Shown: in pieces, positions 1 through 8,439 of the stretch
Layout: the number at the start of each line of letters is the position of its first letter
How positions within the stretch are numbered: position 1 is the stretch's first letter
NCBI GenBank assembly: GCA_964519695.1
Contig: CAZFKD010000001.1
Location: forward strand, 1-32,258
Source of the DNA: an uncultured Spirochaetaceae bacterium
GTDB lineage: Bacteria; Myxococcota_A; UBA9160; UBA4427
Length of the DNA: 32,258 bases
Direction of reading: 5' to 3'
Program-made: the position numbers and the translations under genes
Notes under the pieces: generated by a model
The model's database searches: none
Seen by the model: only the letters and a program-made list of their open reading frames with translations
Told to the model about the DNA's origin: nothing

Positions 1-131
1 CATCGCGAGAGCCTCGAAATCCATCAACTCCGAATGCAATTCCGACGATGTCGGCATCGTCGGCATCGTCGGCACTGTCGACATCGTCGGAATTGCATTC
101 GGAGTTGATGGATTTCGAGGCTCTCGCGATG
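1..131. repeat. Perfect inverted repeat. Arms 1-50 and 82-131 are exact reverse complements. The 31-nt centre is built from 9-bp tcggcatcg-like units.
   Basis: Read directly: catcgcgagagcctcgaaatccatcaactccgaatgcaattccgacgatg (1-50) versus catcgtcggaattgcattcggagttgatggatttcgaggctctcgcgatg (82-131). The arms are 26/50 G+C, clearly lower than the surrounding DNA. Confidence 0.9.
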
Positions 132-262
132 ACTCGGCGCGCTTCCCGTCGAGGATCACTCTCGAAGATCGCGTCAATCGATCGGATCCCTGGGCCGCTC
201 GGGAGGCGCCGCCAGCGATCGATGGGAGCGAGGCTCAATCTACCCGGCCGTGCCCTCGACTG

Positions 263-1009
263 TCAACCCTCGGCGCCGACCGGCCCGGACGCGAGCCGGT
301 CAGGGCCGGGAGGGGTCGCGGAGACCGGTGCGATGAAATGCCGAAGCCGCCCGGCGGCGGCGCCGTCCCGGCGGTAGGACTCGAAGCGGGGGCCGAGCGT
401 GCAGATCGTGCAGAGACAATGGGCCTGGCCGATGTGGTCCGGGGCGAGGCCAAGCCCGAGGAGGATGCGGCCGGCGAGGGCGGGCAGGTCGAGCAGATAC
501 CGCTCGGGTCGGCCCGGAACGAGCAAGCCCGACAGGTGCTCCGCGTAGCGCTGCGCGAGGGCCTGGGCGACCGGCTCGTCGACCTCGTAGCAACAACCCC
601 GGGCCGCGGGACCGATGGCCGCCGCGAGCTGCGCCGGAGCAATCCCGATCGCCTCGATCCCGCTCTCGATGATGCCTGCGGCCAGTCCGCGCCAGCCCGC
701 GTGGATCGCGGCGACTTTTCGCCCGTTCGCCGCGGCCACGAGGATCGGGACACAATCCGCCGTCACGATCCCGACCGCGAGCCCCGGCGTCCCGGAGACG
801 ATCGCATCGGCTTCGACGGAGCCAGCGTCCGGCCGTCCGGCCCGCGCCCCATGCGGCAGCGTCTCGGCGCACACGGCGCGGACCCCGTGGACCTGACGAA
901 GAAACACAGTGGAATCCGGCGGCTGCGCGCCGCGCTCGGCGAAGCCATGCCGGACCCCGAGCTGTTCGAGAACGGGATCGCAAAGATTTCGGGCGCGTCG
1001 AGGCGTCAT
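263..1009 (-). CDS. pgeF: Peptidoglycan editing factor PgeF / YfiH (DUF152, purine nucleoside phosphorylase-laccase domain family)
   Basis: 248-aa ORF with the YfiH-type core: VTADCVPIL, AAIHAGWRG, GPAARGCCYEV, C..C. Its ATG overlaps the rluD stop (ATGA at 1006-1009), reproducing the classical rluD-yfiH gene pair. Confidence 0.85.
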   Translation of the reverse strand: MTPRRARNLCDPVLEQLGVRHGFAERGAQPPDSTVFLRQVHGVRAVCAETLPHGARAGRPDAGSVEADAIVSGTPGLAVGIVTADCVPILVAAANGRKVAAIHAGWRGLAAGIIESGIEAIGIAPAQLAAAIGPAARGCCYEVDEPVAQALAQRYAEHLSGLLVPGRPERYLLDLPALAGRILLGLGLAPDHIGQAHCLCTICTLGPRFESYRRDGAAAGRLRHFIAPVSATPPGPDRLASGPVGAEG

Positions 1010-2088
1010 CTTCGGGCGCCTCCTCCGGTCTCAGGCGCAGCCTCGGGGGGGGAGGCGCGAGCGGCTTCGTCGACCTCGAGCGTCAGCGCCGCGATCAGAG
1101 CCAGGAGATCCGACGGCAGCGGTGCCTCGAAGCCGAACCGCACACCACTGCGCGGATGGTCGAACCCAAGCCGGGCTGCGTGGAGCGCCGGCCGCCCGAG
1201 GAGCGCCTCGTCACCGCGCGCCCGGCCGTAGACGACGTCCCCCACGACCGGCAGGCCTGCGCTCGCCAGGTGGACGCGGATCTGATGGGTCCGGCCCGTC
1301 TCAGGCCGGATCTCGAGCGCCGAGATCCCCTCCCTCCGATCGCGGCCGAGGACCTGCCAGCGGGTCGCGGAGGGTCGGCCCGCTCGTGTCCGGACGGACA
1401 TGCGCTGGCGGTCGTCGGGATGACGACCGATCGGGCGGTCGATGCGGCCGGCGCTCGCGCGGGGCAGACCGCGGACGAAGGTCCTGTAGACGCGCTCGAT
1501 CGAGTGGCGGGCGAACTGCTGGGCGAGCACGCGGTGGGCGAGGTCGGTCTTCGCGGCGACGAGCACGCCCGAGGTGCCGCGGTCGAGGCGGTGGACGATC
1601 CCGGGGCGCAGGACACCGCCGATGCCGGCGAGCTCGCCGCGACAATGGTGGAGCAACGCGTTCACGAGCGTGCCCTTCGGATGGCCCGGGGCGGGGTGGA
1701 CGACGAGACCAGCCGGCTTGTCGACCACGATCAGATCCGCGTCCTCGAACAGGACGACGAGCGGGATCGCTTCGGCCTCGAGCGAGAGAGCGACGGGCTC
1801 GAGCGGCCGGGCCTCGATCGTCTCGCCGAGGGCGAGCAGCCGGCTGGCCCGGACCTCGCGGCCGCCGACGAGCACCCGCCCTTCGTCGAGCCACCGTTTG
1901 ATCTGGGAGCGCGAGACGGCGGCGAGCGCCGCCAGGGCCGCATCGACACGCTGGCCGGCTGCGCCCTCCTCGACCGTGAAGGCGAGCCTGCCCGCCGACT
2001 CGAGCGGATCGTCCGGCTCGTCGGGCCGCTCCACCACGCGCGGGTCTCCTTGCGCCTCGTGCCCGCTCCCCGGGCCCGCCCCAGGCAC
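1006..2088 (-). CDS. rluD: 23S rRNA pseudouridine synthase, RluD (RluA) family, with N-terminal S4 domain
   Basis: Motifs HRLDRGTSGVLVAAKT and GRTHQIRVHLA. S4-like segment: SRSQIKRWLDEGRVLVGGRE. The longest ORF starts at a GTG (2088); the true start may be one of the in-frame GTGs about 17 codons downstream. Confidence 0.85.
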   Translation of the reverse strand: MPGAGPGSGHEAQGDPRVVERPDEPDDPLESAGRLAFTVEEGAAGQRVDAALAALAAVSRSQIKRWLDEGRVLVGGREVRASRLLALGETIEARPLEPVALSLEAEAIPLVVLFEDADLIVVDKPAGLVVHPAPGHPKGTLVNALLHHCRGELAGIGGVLRPGIVHRLDRGTSGVLVAAKTDLAHRVLAQQFARHSIERVYRTFVRGLPRASAGRIDRPIGRHPDDRQRMSVRTRAGRPSATRWQVLGRDRREGISALEIRPETGRTHQIRVHLASAGLPVVGDVVYGRARGDEALLGRPALHAARLGFDHPRSGVRFGFEAPLPSDLLALIAALTLEVDEAARASPPEAAPETGGGARR

Positions 2089-2197
2089 GGACTGGATGCG
2101 GTATCGAGGCGTACGTCTCGTTTGCCGGGGAAGCCGGAGCGACTGTCCCGTCCGCCGAGCTCGCCCTCGAATGCAGGCGAACTCTGCGGACGGGACA

Positions 2198-2935
2198 CTA
2201 TCGAAGGCCGAGAAACCGGCTCTTCTGGTTCTTCTGCCTCGACTCCTGGAGCCGCGCCATGTATCCGGGAACGACCAGCTGGGGATCGAGCCCGATCGTC
2301 CGGGCGTAGGCCGTCACGAACCCGCGGACGTAGACGTCGGCCGGCAGCTCACCGAAGTTCTCGTCTTCGATGTTGCGCAGATGAAGCCCCGAGATCTTCG
2401 TCACGTCCGCGATCTGCTCGATCTCGAAGCCGCGGAAGAGCCGCGTCCGGCGCAGGCGCGGACCGTCGAAATCGCCCCCGGGCTCCTCCTCGACCTCGTA
2501 GCCTTCGCCACCAGCCTCGAAGACACCACTCGTCGCGACCTCGACCGCCGCATCGAGGCGCGCGGAAGAGATCGCCGCAGCGGATTTGCCATGGAAGCCG
2601 TTGGGCGCCGCGTCGACCTGCTTGCCGGACGCGCTCGCCGCCGTGATCGCAGCGCGATCGACCGACGAGCCGGCCTCTCGGCCGAGGCCGCCATGCTCGA
2701 GGTCGTAGCTCGACCGCAGCTCCGGATCGGCGAGCACGCGATAGGCCTCGTCGAGTCGCGCGCGGATCTCCTTCGCGTCGCGCTTCTCGAAGATCGAGTA
2801 GAGCGCGAGCGAACCGTCGGCATACGTCTCCTGGGCCAGTCGATAGGCGCGATCGATCTCCCCGGGCGACGCAGTCCGGGCGACCTCGAGCATTTCATAG
2901 AGGTCGAGCTCGTCGATCCCTCGCATCCCCATCAT
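2198..2935 (-). CDS. J-domain-like protein lacking the HPD tripeptide, with a C-terminal RodZ-like (HTH_25) helix-turn-helix domain
   Basis: The N-terminus DLYEMLEV..TASPGEIDRAYR...YRVLADPELRSSYD follows the J-domain helix II-III pattern, but ETYADGS replaces the HPD loop. The C-terminus GFEIEQIADVTKISGLHLRNIEDENFGELPADVYVRGFVTAYARTIG resembles the RodZ-type HTH. The start overlaps the stop of the upstream ParA-like gene (ATGA at 2932-2935). Confidence 0.7.
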   Translation of the reverse strand: MMGMRGIDELDLYEMLEVARTASPGEIDRAYRLAQETYADGSLALYSIFEKRDAKEIRARLDEAYRVLADPELRSSYDLEHGGLGREAGSSVDRAAITAASASGKQVDAAPNGFHGKSAAAISSARLDAAVEVATSGVFEAGGEGYEVEEEPGGDFDGPRLRRTRLFRGFEIEQIADVTKISGLHLRNIEDENFGELPADVYVRGFVTAYARTIGLDPQLVVPGYMARLQESRQKNQKSRFLGLR

Positions 2936-4032
2936 CCTCTCGAAGGCCCGGACCCACCCGTCGGCGACGGAGGCAAGAGCGCCTGCCCCGCACGCACGCG
3001 CTCGGGCGGCGCGGCGGCCTCCATCGGCGCGGCCGCACTCCTCGCCGGAGCGGTTCCCCTCGAAACCGCGGGCTCGAGCAGCTTGCGCGCGATGCGCTGC
3101 AGATAGATCGACACGTCCGTATCGCTTCGCAGATCGACGATCGGCCGCCGGAGCGAGACGGAGCGGCGCGCCTCTTCGTCGTAGTTGACGTAGCCGAGGT
3201 ATTCGACCTCGATGCCGAAATACTTCTTGCAGACGCTCGCGATCGCGAAGCCGAGCTTCACGTCCTCCGCCGTTCGCACCGCGTTCACGACGAGCCGCGG
3301 CCGGAAGACCCGCATCGTCTCGACGAAGCGGTGGGCCTCCGCGCTGTCGGTCGCCTCGATCTCGCGCAGCAGGTCGAGGGGGCTCTTGATGCCGCGCTCG
3401 TTCTTCTGGTCCATCGCGAGCGTCACGAGCTGGCGCACCCCGTGGCCCACCATCGCGAGTCGCATGCGGCGATAGAAGGCGGCGCGCAGGAAGGTGTACG
3501 CATTCTCGACGGAGGTCGGCTCGGGCTGGACGACGAGGATGCCGTCGTCGGAAACCAGGAAATAGTCGAGCACCGAAGCGTGGGCGCCGGCGCCGAGATC
3601 GAGCAGCACGAAGTCGGCATCGAGCTGGCGCAGGCTGCGCAGCAGCCGCACGCGGCGCAGATGGCTCGGCTGCGCGTCGGCGAGATTGCCGTGGGTCGCG
3701 GCGATCAGCTTGAGATTCGCGAGCGGCGTATCGATCAGGAGCTTGCCGAGATCTTCTTCCCGCTCGGACACGAAGTCGGCGAGCGTCTTCTGGGGCGACG
3801 CGACGCCGAGGCAGGTGTGCAGGTTCGCACCCTCGAGATCCACGTCGACCACGATGACGCGTTTGCCTGCGCGCGCGAGCGCCGCGGCGAGGTTCGCCGT
3901 CACGAAGGTCTTGCCGACACCGCCCTTGCCCCCGCCGACGGCGAGCAGCCGCGGACCGGACAGGCTCGCGCTGCGGGCGCCTACCGAATCGTCGGACGAA
4001 TGCGTCGAAGGAATCACGTTCGCCTTCCTCAT
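2932..4032 (-). CDS. ParA/MinD/FlhG-family P-loop ATPase with a roughly 70-aa Ala/Pro-rich C-terminal tail
   Basis: Deviant Walker A GGGKGGVGKT, followed by VIVVDVDLEGANLH and DFVLLDLGAG (Walker B-like). 366-aa ORF with an ATG start at 4032. Confidence 0.85.
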   Translation of the reverse strand: MRKANVIPSTHSSDDSVGARSASLSGPRLLAVGGGKGGVGKTFVTANLAAALARAGKRVIVVDVDLEGANLHTCLGVASPQKTLADFVSEREEDLGKLLIDTPLANLKLIAATHGNLADAQPSHLRRVRLLRSLRQLDADFVLLDLGAGAHASVLDYFLVSDDGILVVQPEPTSVENAYTFLRAAFYRRMRLAMVGHGVRQLVTLAMDQKNERGIKSPLDLLREIEATDSAEAHRFVETMRVFRPRLVVNAVRTAEDVKLGFAIASVCKKYFGIEVEYLGYVNYDEEARRSVSLRRPIVDLRSDTDVSIYLQRIARKLLEPAVSRGTAPARSAAAPMEAAAPPERVRAGQALLPPSPTGGSGPSRG

Positions 4033-4117
4033 TGAGAACGATCGCGCTGCGAGATCCTCGAATGACGAACGGGGCAGCTGGGGGTTGGGACGAGCCTACC
4101 CGAACCCTCGGGGCCGA

Positions 4118-5533
4118 TCAACGAAAGACATGCGCGAAGGCGTCCACGACGAGAGGTAGCTCGTCTTCCGAGAGCGTGCGGACATCGAGCCAGAGCGCGT
4201 CGTCGGACAGCCGCGCCACGACCGGAACGGGCCCAGCGCGCAGCTGATCGACGAGGGTCGGCAGTCCGGGTCCCCGCACTACGACCGCCGTGCCCGGGAG
4301 TCGAAGCGCCGGCAGCGAGCCGCCCCCGACCGCGCCTTCGCTCCGCGCCGACGCGATCGAGAGGCTCGGCGGAAGGATCGCCGCGAGGGCATCCCGAAGG
4401 CGGAGCGCCCGCTCGCGCAGCGCCGACTCCGCGACCCGGATCGCCGCGACGATCGGAATCTCGTCGGCGCGACCGGGCTCCAGGAGCAGGTCGAGGGTCG
4501 CATCGAGGGCCGCGACCGTCAGCTTGTCGACCCGCAAGGCCCGTGCGAGCGGGTTCTGCCGCATCGCCTCGATCAGATCGCGACGGCCGACCAGGATGCC
4601 GGCCTGGGGTCCTCCGAGCAGCTTGTCCCCCGAGAAGCAGACGACGTCGACGCCGTGCGCCAGCCGGGACGGGACGAAGGCCTCGGGCGGCAGTCCCGCG
4701 CCGCCGAGATCGACGAGCGTCCCGCTGCCGAGGTCTTCGACGAGGGGAATGCCGTGGGCGTGGGCGAGCTCGGCGAGCGCCGCGACGTCGGCCTCGGCGA
4801 CGAAGCCGCGCTGCTCGAAGTTGCTGCGGTGGACCTTCAGCAGGAGGGCGGGGGCGGCCTCGAGGGCGGCGGCATAGTCCGCGAGGTGGGTGCGATTGGT
4901 CGTGCCGACCTCGAGGAGCCGGACACCAGCGCGCTCCATGACTGCCGGCACGCGAAACGAGCCGCCGATCTCGACCAGCTCGCCCCGGGATACGACGACG
5001 GGCCGGCCCATCGCGAGCGTATTGAGCGCGAGCAGCAGCGCCGCGGCGTTGTTGTTGACGACATGCGCGGCCTCGGCCCCCGAGAGCCGGACCAGCTTCG
5101 CGGCGAGTCGCCCGAGCCGCGTCCCGCGCCGGCCGGACTCGAGGTCCAGCTCCAGGCTCGAATAGCCCTCCGCCGCCCGGACGACGGCCGCCCGCGCCGA
5201 TGCGGCCAGAGGCGCCCGGCCGAGATTGGTGTGGAGCAGGATTCCGGTCGCATTGAGCACGCGCCGCGGATGGGGCGCGGCCAGGCGGGCGGCCTCTTCT
5301 GCGACCCGAGCGACCAGCCGCTCCATAATAGGAATATGCCCCTCGGGGCCTTCCGTCATCGACGCCAGGCGGGCTGGCCCTTCCTGGCGCAAGACAGCGA
5401 GGCGGGCTTTAGATGCTGCGCGGATCGCCCAGAGCGGCAGATCGGGCGCCGCGGCGACCACCGCCTGCACCAGCCGGTCCACCGAAGGCAGCCCACGCCG
5501 AGGATCCGTGTTGACGGGCCGCTCCAAATCCAT
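4118..5533 (-). CDS. selA: L-seryl-tRNA(Sec) selenium transferase (selenocysteine synthase)
   Basis: LPSVDRLVQ near the N-terminus, then NATGILLHTNLGRAPL, VNNNAAALLLAL, GELVEIGGSFR, KVHRSNF and FSGDKLLGGPQAG (PLP lysine). The 815-aa track ORF is an artefactual upstream extension; homology starts at MDLERP (ATG at 5533-5531). Confidence 0.9.
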   Translation of the reverse strand: MDLERPVNTDPRRGLPSVDRLVQAVVAAAPDLPLWAIRAASKARLAVLRQEGPARLASMTEGPEGHIPIMERLVARVAEEAARLAAPHPRRVLNATGILLHTNLGRAPLAASARAAVVRAAEGYSSLELDLESGRRGTRLGRLAAKLVRLSGAEAAHVVNNNAAALLLALNTLAMGRPVVVSRGELVEIGGSFRVPAVMERAGVRLLEVGTTNRTHLADYAAALEAAPALLLKVHRSNFEQRGFVAEADVAALAELAHAHGIPLVEDLGSGTLVDLGGAGLPPEAFVPSRLAHGVDVVCFSGDKLLGGPQAGILVGRRDLIEAMRQNPLARALRVDKLTVAALDATLDLLLEPGRADEIPIVAAIRVAESALRERALRLRDALAAILPPSLSIASARSEGAVGGGSLPALRLPGTAVVVRGPGLPTLVDQLRAGPVPVVARLSDDALWLDVRTLSEDELPLVVDAFAHVFR

Positions 5534-6386
5534 GATTCTCGACCCCAGATTTTTGACGGTGATGCCGGTTCTTGATCGGCATTGCATTCGCCGGTGCGTC
5601 GGCCGCGGATTCCGTGACGGGTCCGGGGTGATCTTTGCAACTCGCAAAGAGATGAACGACCACCCCTTTGGCGGGATCCACCCGCCGGAGTGATAGCAAC
5701 CCTCGCCAATCCTCGAACAACCGCTCGAAGGAGATCTCGCTAGAGATCTCGACTGCCTGGAACGGGGGATGCCCCGGGAAGGCAGGGACCCGAGGGGGGA
5801 ACGGCGAGATAGACGGATGCAAGGCTGATCACCCGAGGGAGTCGGACGGCGGCGGGGTGCTGCTCGAGAGCCGAGAATTCCTTCGAAGGACCAGTGGAGC
5901 CGAGACCCTCGTGATTCTGGCCCCGGACGACCGGTGTTCCGACCGGCGAAAGAGGCCTGATCAGAAGGTGAGCAGCGCAGACCGAGGCGCTGGGAACGAC
6001 AACAACAGAGCGAGCGATCGATCCAACAACCCAGGTCGACCGCCCGGGCGCTCCCCGAAACGCGGGAACCCGGGCATCGGGCATCAAGAGAAGAGGAGAA
6101 CGTCGACGTCCGAACGTGCAGTGGGAACCGGCTGAATCGACCGGTCCGCGCACGCCTCTCGCGACGAGCCCCGAAGGCTCGTCCCCGCAGCACCCCAGCC
6201 AGTGAAAGCGACGCGCCAGCCCGGTCCGATCCGGACGCTTCGTGATCCCGGCCAAGCCAGCTCGTTCCCCCATCATCCTGGAACCGATCGATCGGCCTCG
6301 TGAGAGCCGGTGCGACGCCCTCGTCGCCTTCGCCGTCCGAGCAGGACGCGAAGGCGGAGCGGGGCGGCCACCGATCAGGCGGGACG
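5534..6386. other. 853-bp gap with no convincing CDS between divergent selA and rng. Likely holds both promoters plus a long structured rng leader or an unidentified ncRNA.
   Basis: No ORF here has convincing codon bias. Composition is visibly less GC-rich, with purine-rich tracts (aacgacaacaacagagcgagcgatcgatccaacaac; catcaagagaagaggagaac). Strong local hairpins: gagatctc-gcta-gagatctc at 5731-5750 and gacgagcc-ccgaa-ggctcgtc at 6163-6183. Confidence 0.4.
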
Positions 6387-8426
6387 ATGCAGAACGAGAT
6401 CATCATCAATGCGGAGCTCGGGGAGACCCGGGTCGCGCTGCTCGAGAACGGCCAGTTCGCCGAGCTCCACATCGAACGGGACCGCGACAAGAGCGTGGTC
6501 GGCAACGTCGTGAAGGGGCGCGTCTCGCGCGTCCTGCCCGGAATGCAGGCAGCGTTCGTCGACATCGGCCTCGAAAAGGCCGCCTTTCTCTACGTCGGCG
6601 ACTACTTCGAGAGCACCTTCGAGACCGGCGACGACGGCGAGGGCGGCGGACGCGGGCGGCGAGGCGGCGGCGGCGGCGGGCGAGGCGGGCGTGGCAGCCG
6701 TTCGGCCCCGCCGCGCATCGACACCGCGCTCCACGAAGGCCAGGAGATCATCGTCCAGATCGCGAAAGAGCCGATCGGGACGAAGGGCGCGCGCATCACG
6801 TCGAACATCTCGATCCCCGGGCGGCATCTCGTGCTGACGCCCTGGTCGCGGCGCGTCGGCGTGTCTCGCCGGATCGGCTCCGATCGGGAAAGAAATCGGC
6901 TCCGCGAGATCGTCGAGCGGCTGCGGCCGCCGCAGCTCGGCTTCATCATCCGCACTGCCGGCGACGGCGTCCGCGAAGCCGATCTCCAGGCCGACATCCG
7001 CTACCTCGCGACCGTCTGGGCGGCGATCCAGAAGCGCAACGCAGACAAGTCGGCGCCGGCGATCCTCTACTCGGAGCACGACCTGCCGCTGCGCATCGTG
7101 CGCGATCTCGCCGGTCCCGAGACCAAGCGCATCGTCGCCGACGACAAGAACGTCTACGAGAGCATCCAGCATTTCGTCGATCGTTTCGTCGCCGAGCCGA
7201 AGCCGCAGATCGAGCTCTACGAGCAGACCTTCCCGATCTTCGACCGCTTCGGCCTCGAGCATCAGATCCACGCCAACCTCGAACGCAAGGTCTGGCTCAA
7301 GAGCGGCGGCTCGCTCGTGATCGACAAGAGCGAGGCGCTGACGTCGATCGACGTCAACACCGGGCGCTTCGTCGGCAAGCGCGACCTCGAGGAGACGGTG
7401 CTCAAGACCAACCTCGAGGCGGTGCAGGAGGTCGTGCGGCAGCTGCGCTTCCGCAACCTCGGCGGCCTCATCATCATCGACCTGATCGACATGGAGTCGG
7501 CGGGCAACCGCGACAAGGTCTACCGCGCGCTGCAGGAGGCGCTGCGTGCCGACAAGGCTCGCACCAACATCCTGAAGATCTCGGAGCTCGGCCTCGTCGA
7601 GATGACGCGCAAGCGCACGCGGGAAAATCTCGTGCAGACGCTTTGCGAACCCTGCAGCCACTGCGAGGGGCGCAGCTACGTGCTCTCGCGCGAGAGCGTC
7701 GCGTTCCGCGTGCTGCGCGAGATCCGCAAGCATCTGCCGCGACTCGAGGGCCGACCGATCGCCGTCGCCGTCAACCCGCACGTCGCCGAGGAGCTGCTGA
7801 CCCGCTCGAAGCAGGGCATCGCGGACCTCTCGCGGGCGATCGGCAAGGACATCGAGATCCGCGCCCGGCCCGGCATGCATCAGGAACAGTTCGAGCTGCT
7901 GGTCCTCGAGCCGGGTCCTCCGGCCGAGATCGCCCTGTCCTGGTTGCAGGACCGCCATCCCGACGCCCCCGGCGAGCGCCCCGAGCGCGGCGCGCGGCGG
8001 GGCAGACGGCGGCGGGGCGGACGCGGCCGGGACGAGGCGAATGGGGCTGGGGAGCCCGACGAGGACGTAGAAAACGGCGGTCTCGAGGCGGATCGGCTCG
8101 ACGAAGAGGTCGAAGAGGCGATCGCCGAGGCGGACGAACTCGGAGTCGAACGCGGGGACCGGCTCGACCCGGGCCTCGACGAGGGCTTCGAGGTCGGTCC
8201 CGAGACCCCGAGTTCGCCTTCGGGAGCTGATGGGGACGCCGAGTCGATCCTCGACCGGGACTTCGATCGGGGCGGCGCGACGGCCTCCGACGGGGCGGGC
8301 ATGACGACCGGCGAGCGGCAGGCGGCGCCGCTGAGCCTGGGCTCCGAGCCCATGGCGGCGCCCGAAGAAGCGGTCCAAACGGTTGACGGGGAAGCGGAAT
8401 CGCGGATACTCCCGCGCTCCGAATGA
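6387..8426 (+). CDS. rng: Ribonuclease G/E family endoribonuclease, with an Arg-Gly-rich insert in the S1 region and an acidic/Arg-rich disordered C-terminal tail
   Basis: GNVVKGRVSRVLPGMQAAFVDIGLEKAAFL is almost identical to the E. coli RNase G S1 segment. Also present: IVQIAKEPIGTKGARIT, LTSIDVNTGRFVG and GGLIIIDLIDM (catalytic DNase I-like region), and the Zn-link CxxC (CEPCSHCEG). Start taken at MQNEIII (6387). Confidence 0.9.
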   Translation: MQNEIIINAELGETRVALLENGQFAELHIERDRDKSVVGNVVKGRVSRVLPGMQAAFVDIGLEKAAFLYVGDYFESTFETGDDGEGGGRGRRGGGGGGRGGRGSRSAPPRIDTALHEGQEIIVQIAKEPIGTKGARITSNISIPGRHLVLTPWSRRVGVSRRIGSDRERNRLREIVERLRPPQLGFIIRTAGDGVREADLQADIRYLATVWAAIQKRNADKSAPAILYSEHDLPLRIVRDLAGPETKRIVADDKNVYESIQHFVDRFVAEPKPQIELYEQTFPIFDRFGLEHQIHANLERKVWLKSGGSLVIDKSEALTSIDVNTGRFVGKRDLEETVLKTNLEAVQEVVRQLRFRNLGGLIIIDLIDMESAGNRDKVYRALQEALRADKARTNILKISELGLVEMTRKRTRENLVQTLCEPCSHCEGRSYVLSRESVAFRVLREIRKHLPRLEGRPIAVAVNPHVAEELLTRSKQGIADLSRAIGKDIEIRARPGMHQEQFELLVLEPGPPAEIALSWLQDRHPDAPGERPERGARRGRRRRGGRGRDEANGAGEPDEDVENGGLEADRLDEEVEEAIAEADELGVERGDRLDPGLDEGFEVGPETPSSPSGADGDAESILDRDFDRGGATASDGAGMTTGERQAAPLSLGSEPMAAPEEAVQTVDGEAESRILPRSE

Positions 8427-8439
8427 ATCGAGGTCGAAT

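Noticed and set aside
5668-6135. 155-aa plus-strand ORF inside the gap
   Set aside because: The translation is extremely hydrophilic and low-complexity (many R, S, N, G, D). Its third-position G/C usage is clearly weaker than in the real genes. It has no SD-like sequence and no motif. It is kept only as a remote possibility under the gap finding.
5534-6386. tRNA-Sec (selC), tmRNA, RNase P RNA or SRP RNA in the selA/rng gap
   Set aside because: I looked on both strands for a UCA anticodon loop (cttcaaa), a GGTTCGA-type T-loop, the tmRNA ends (GGGGCTGA... / ...CTCCACCA), the RNase P GAGGAAAGTCC box and the SRP GGAAGGAAGCAGC motif, and found none. A covariance-model scan is still needed to exclude divergent RNAs.
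5534-6565. N-terminal 344-residue extension of the selA ORF (the track gives 815 aa)
   Set aside because: SelA similarity begins at MDLERP...LPSVDRL (start at 5533), which gives a normal 471-aa protein. The extension is Ser/Arg/Pro-rich junk crossing the intergenic gap and part of rng on the opposite strand.
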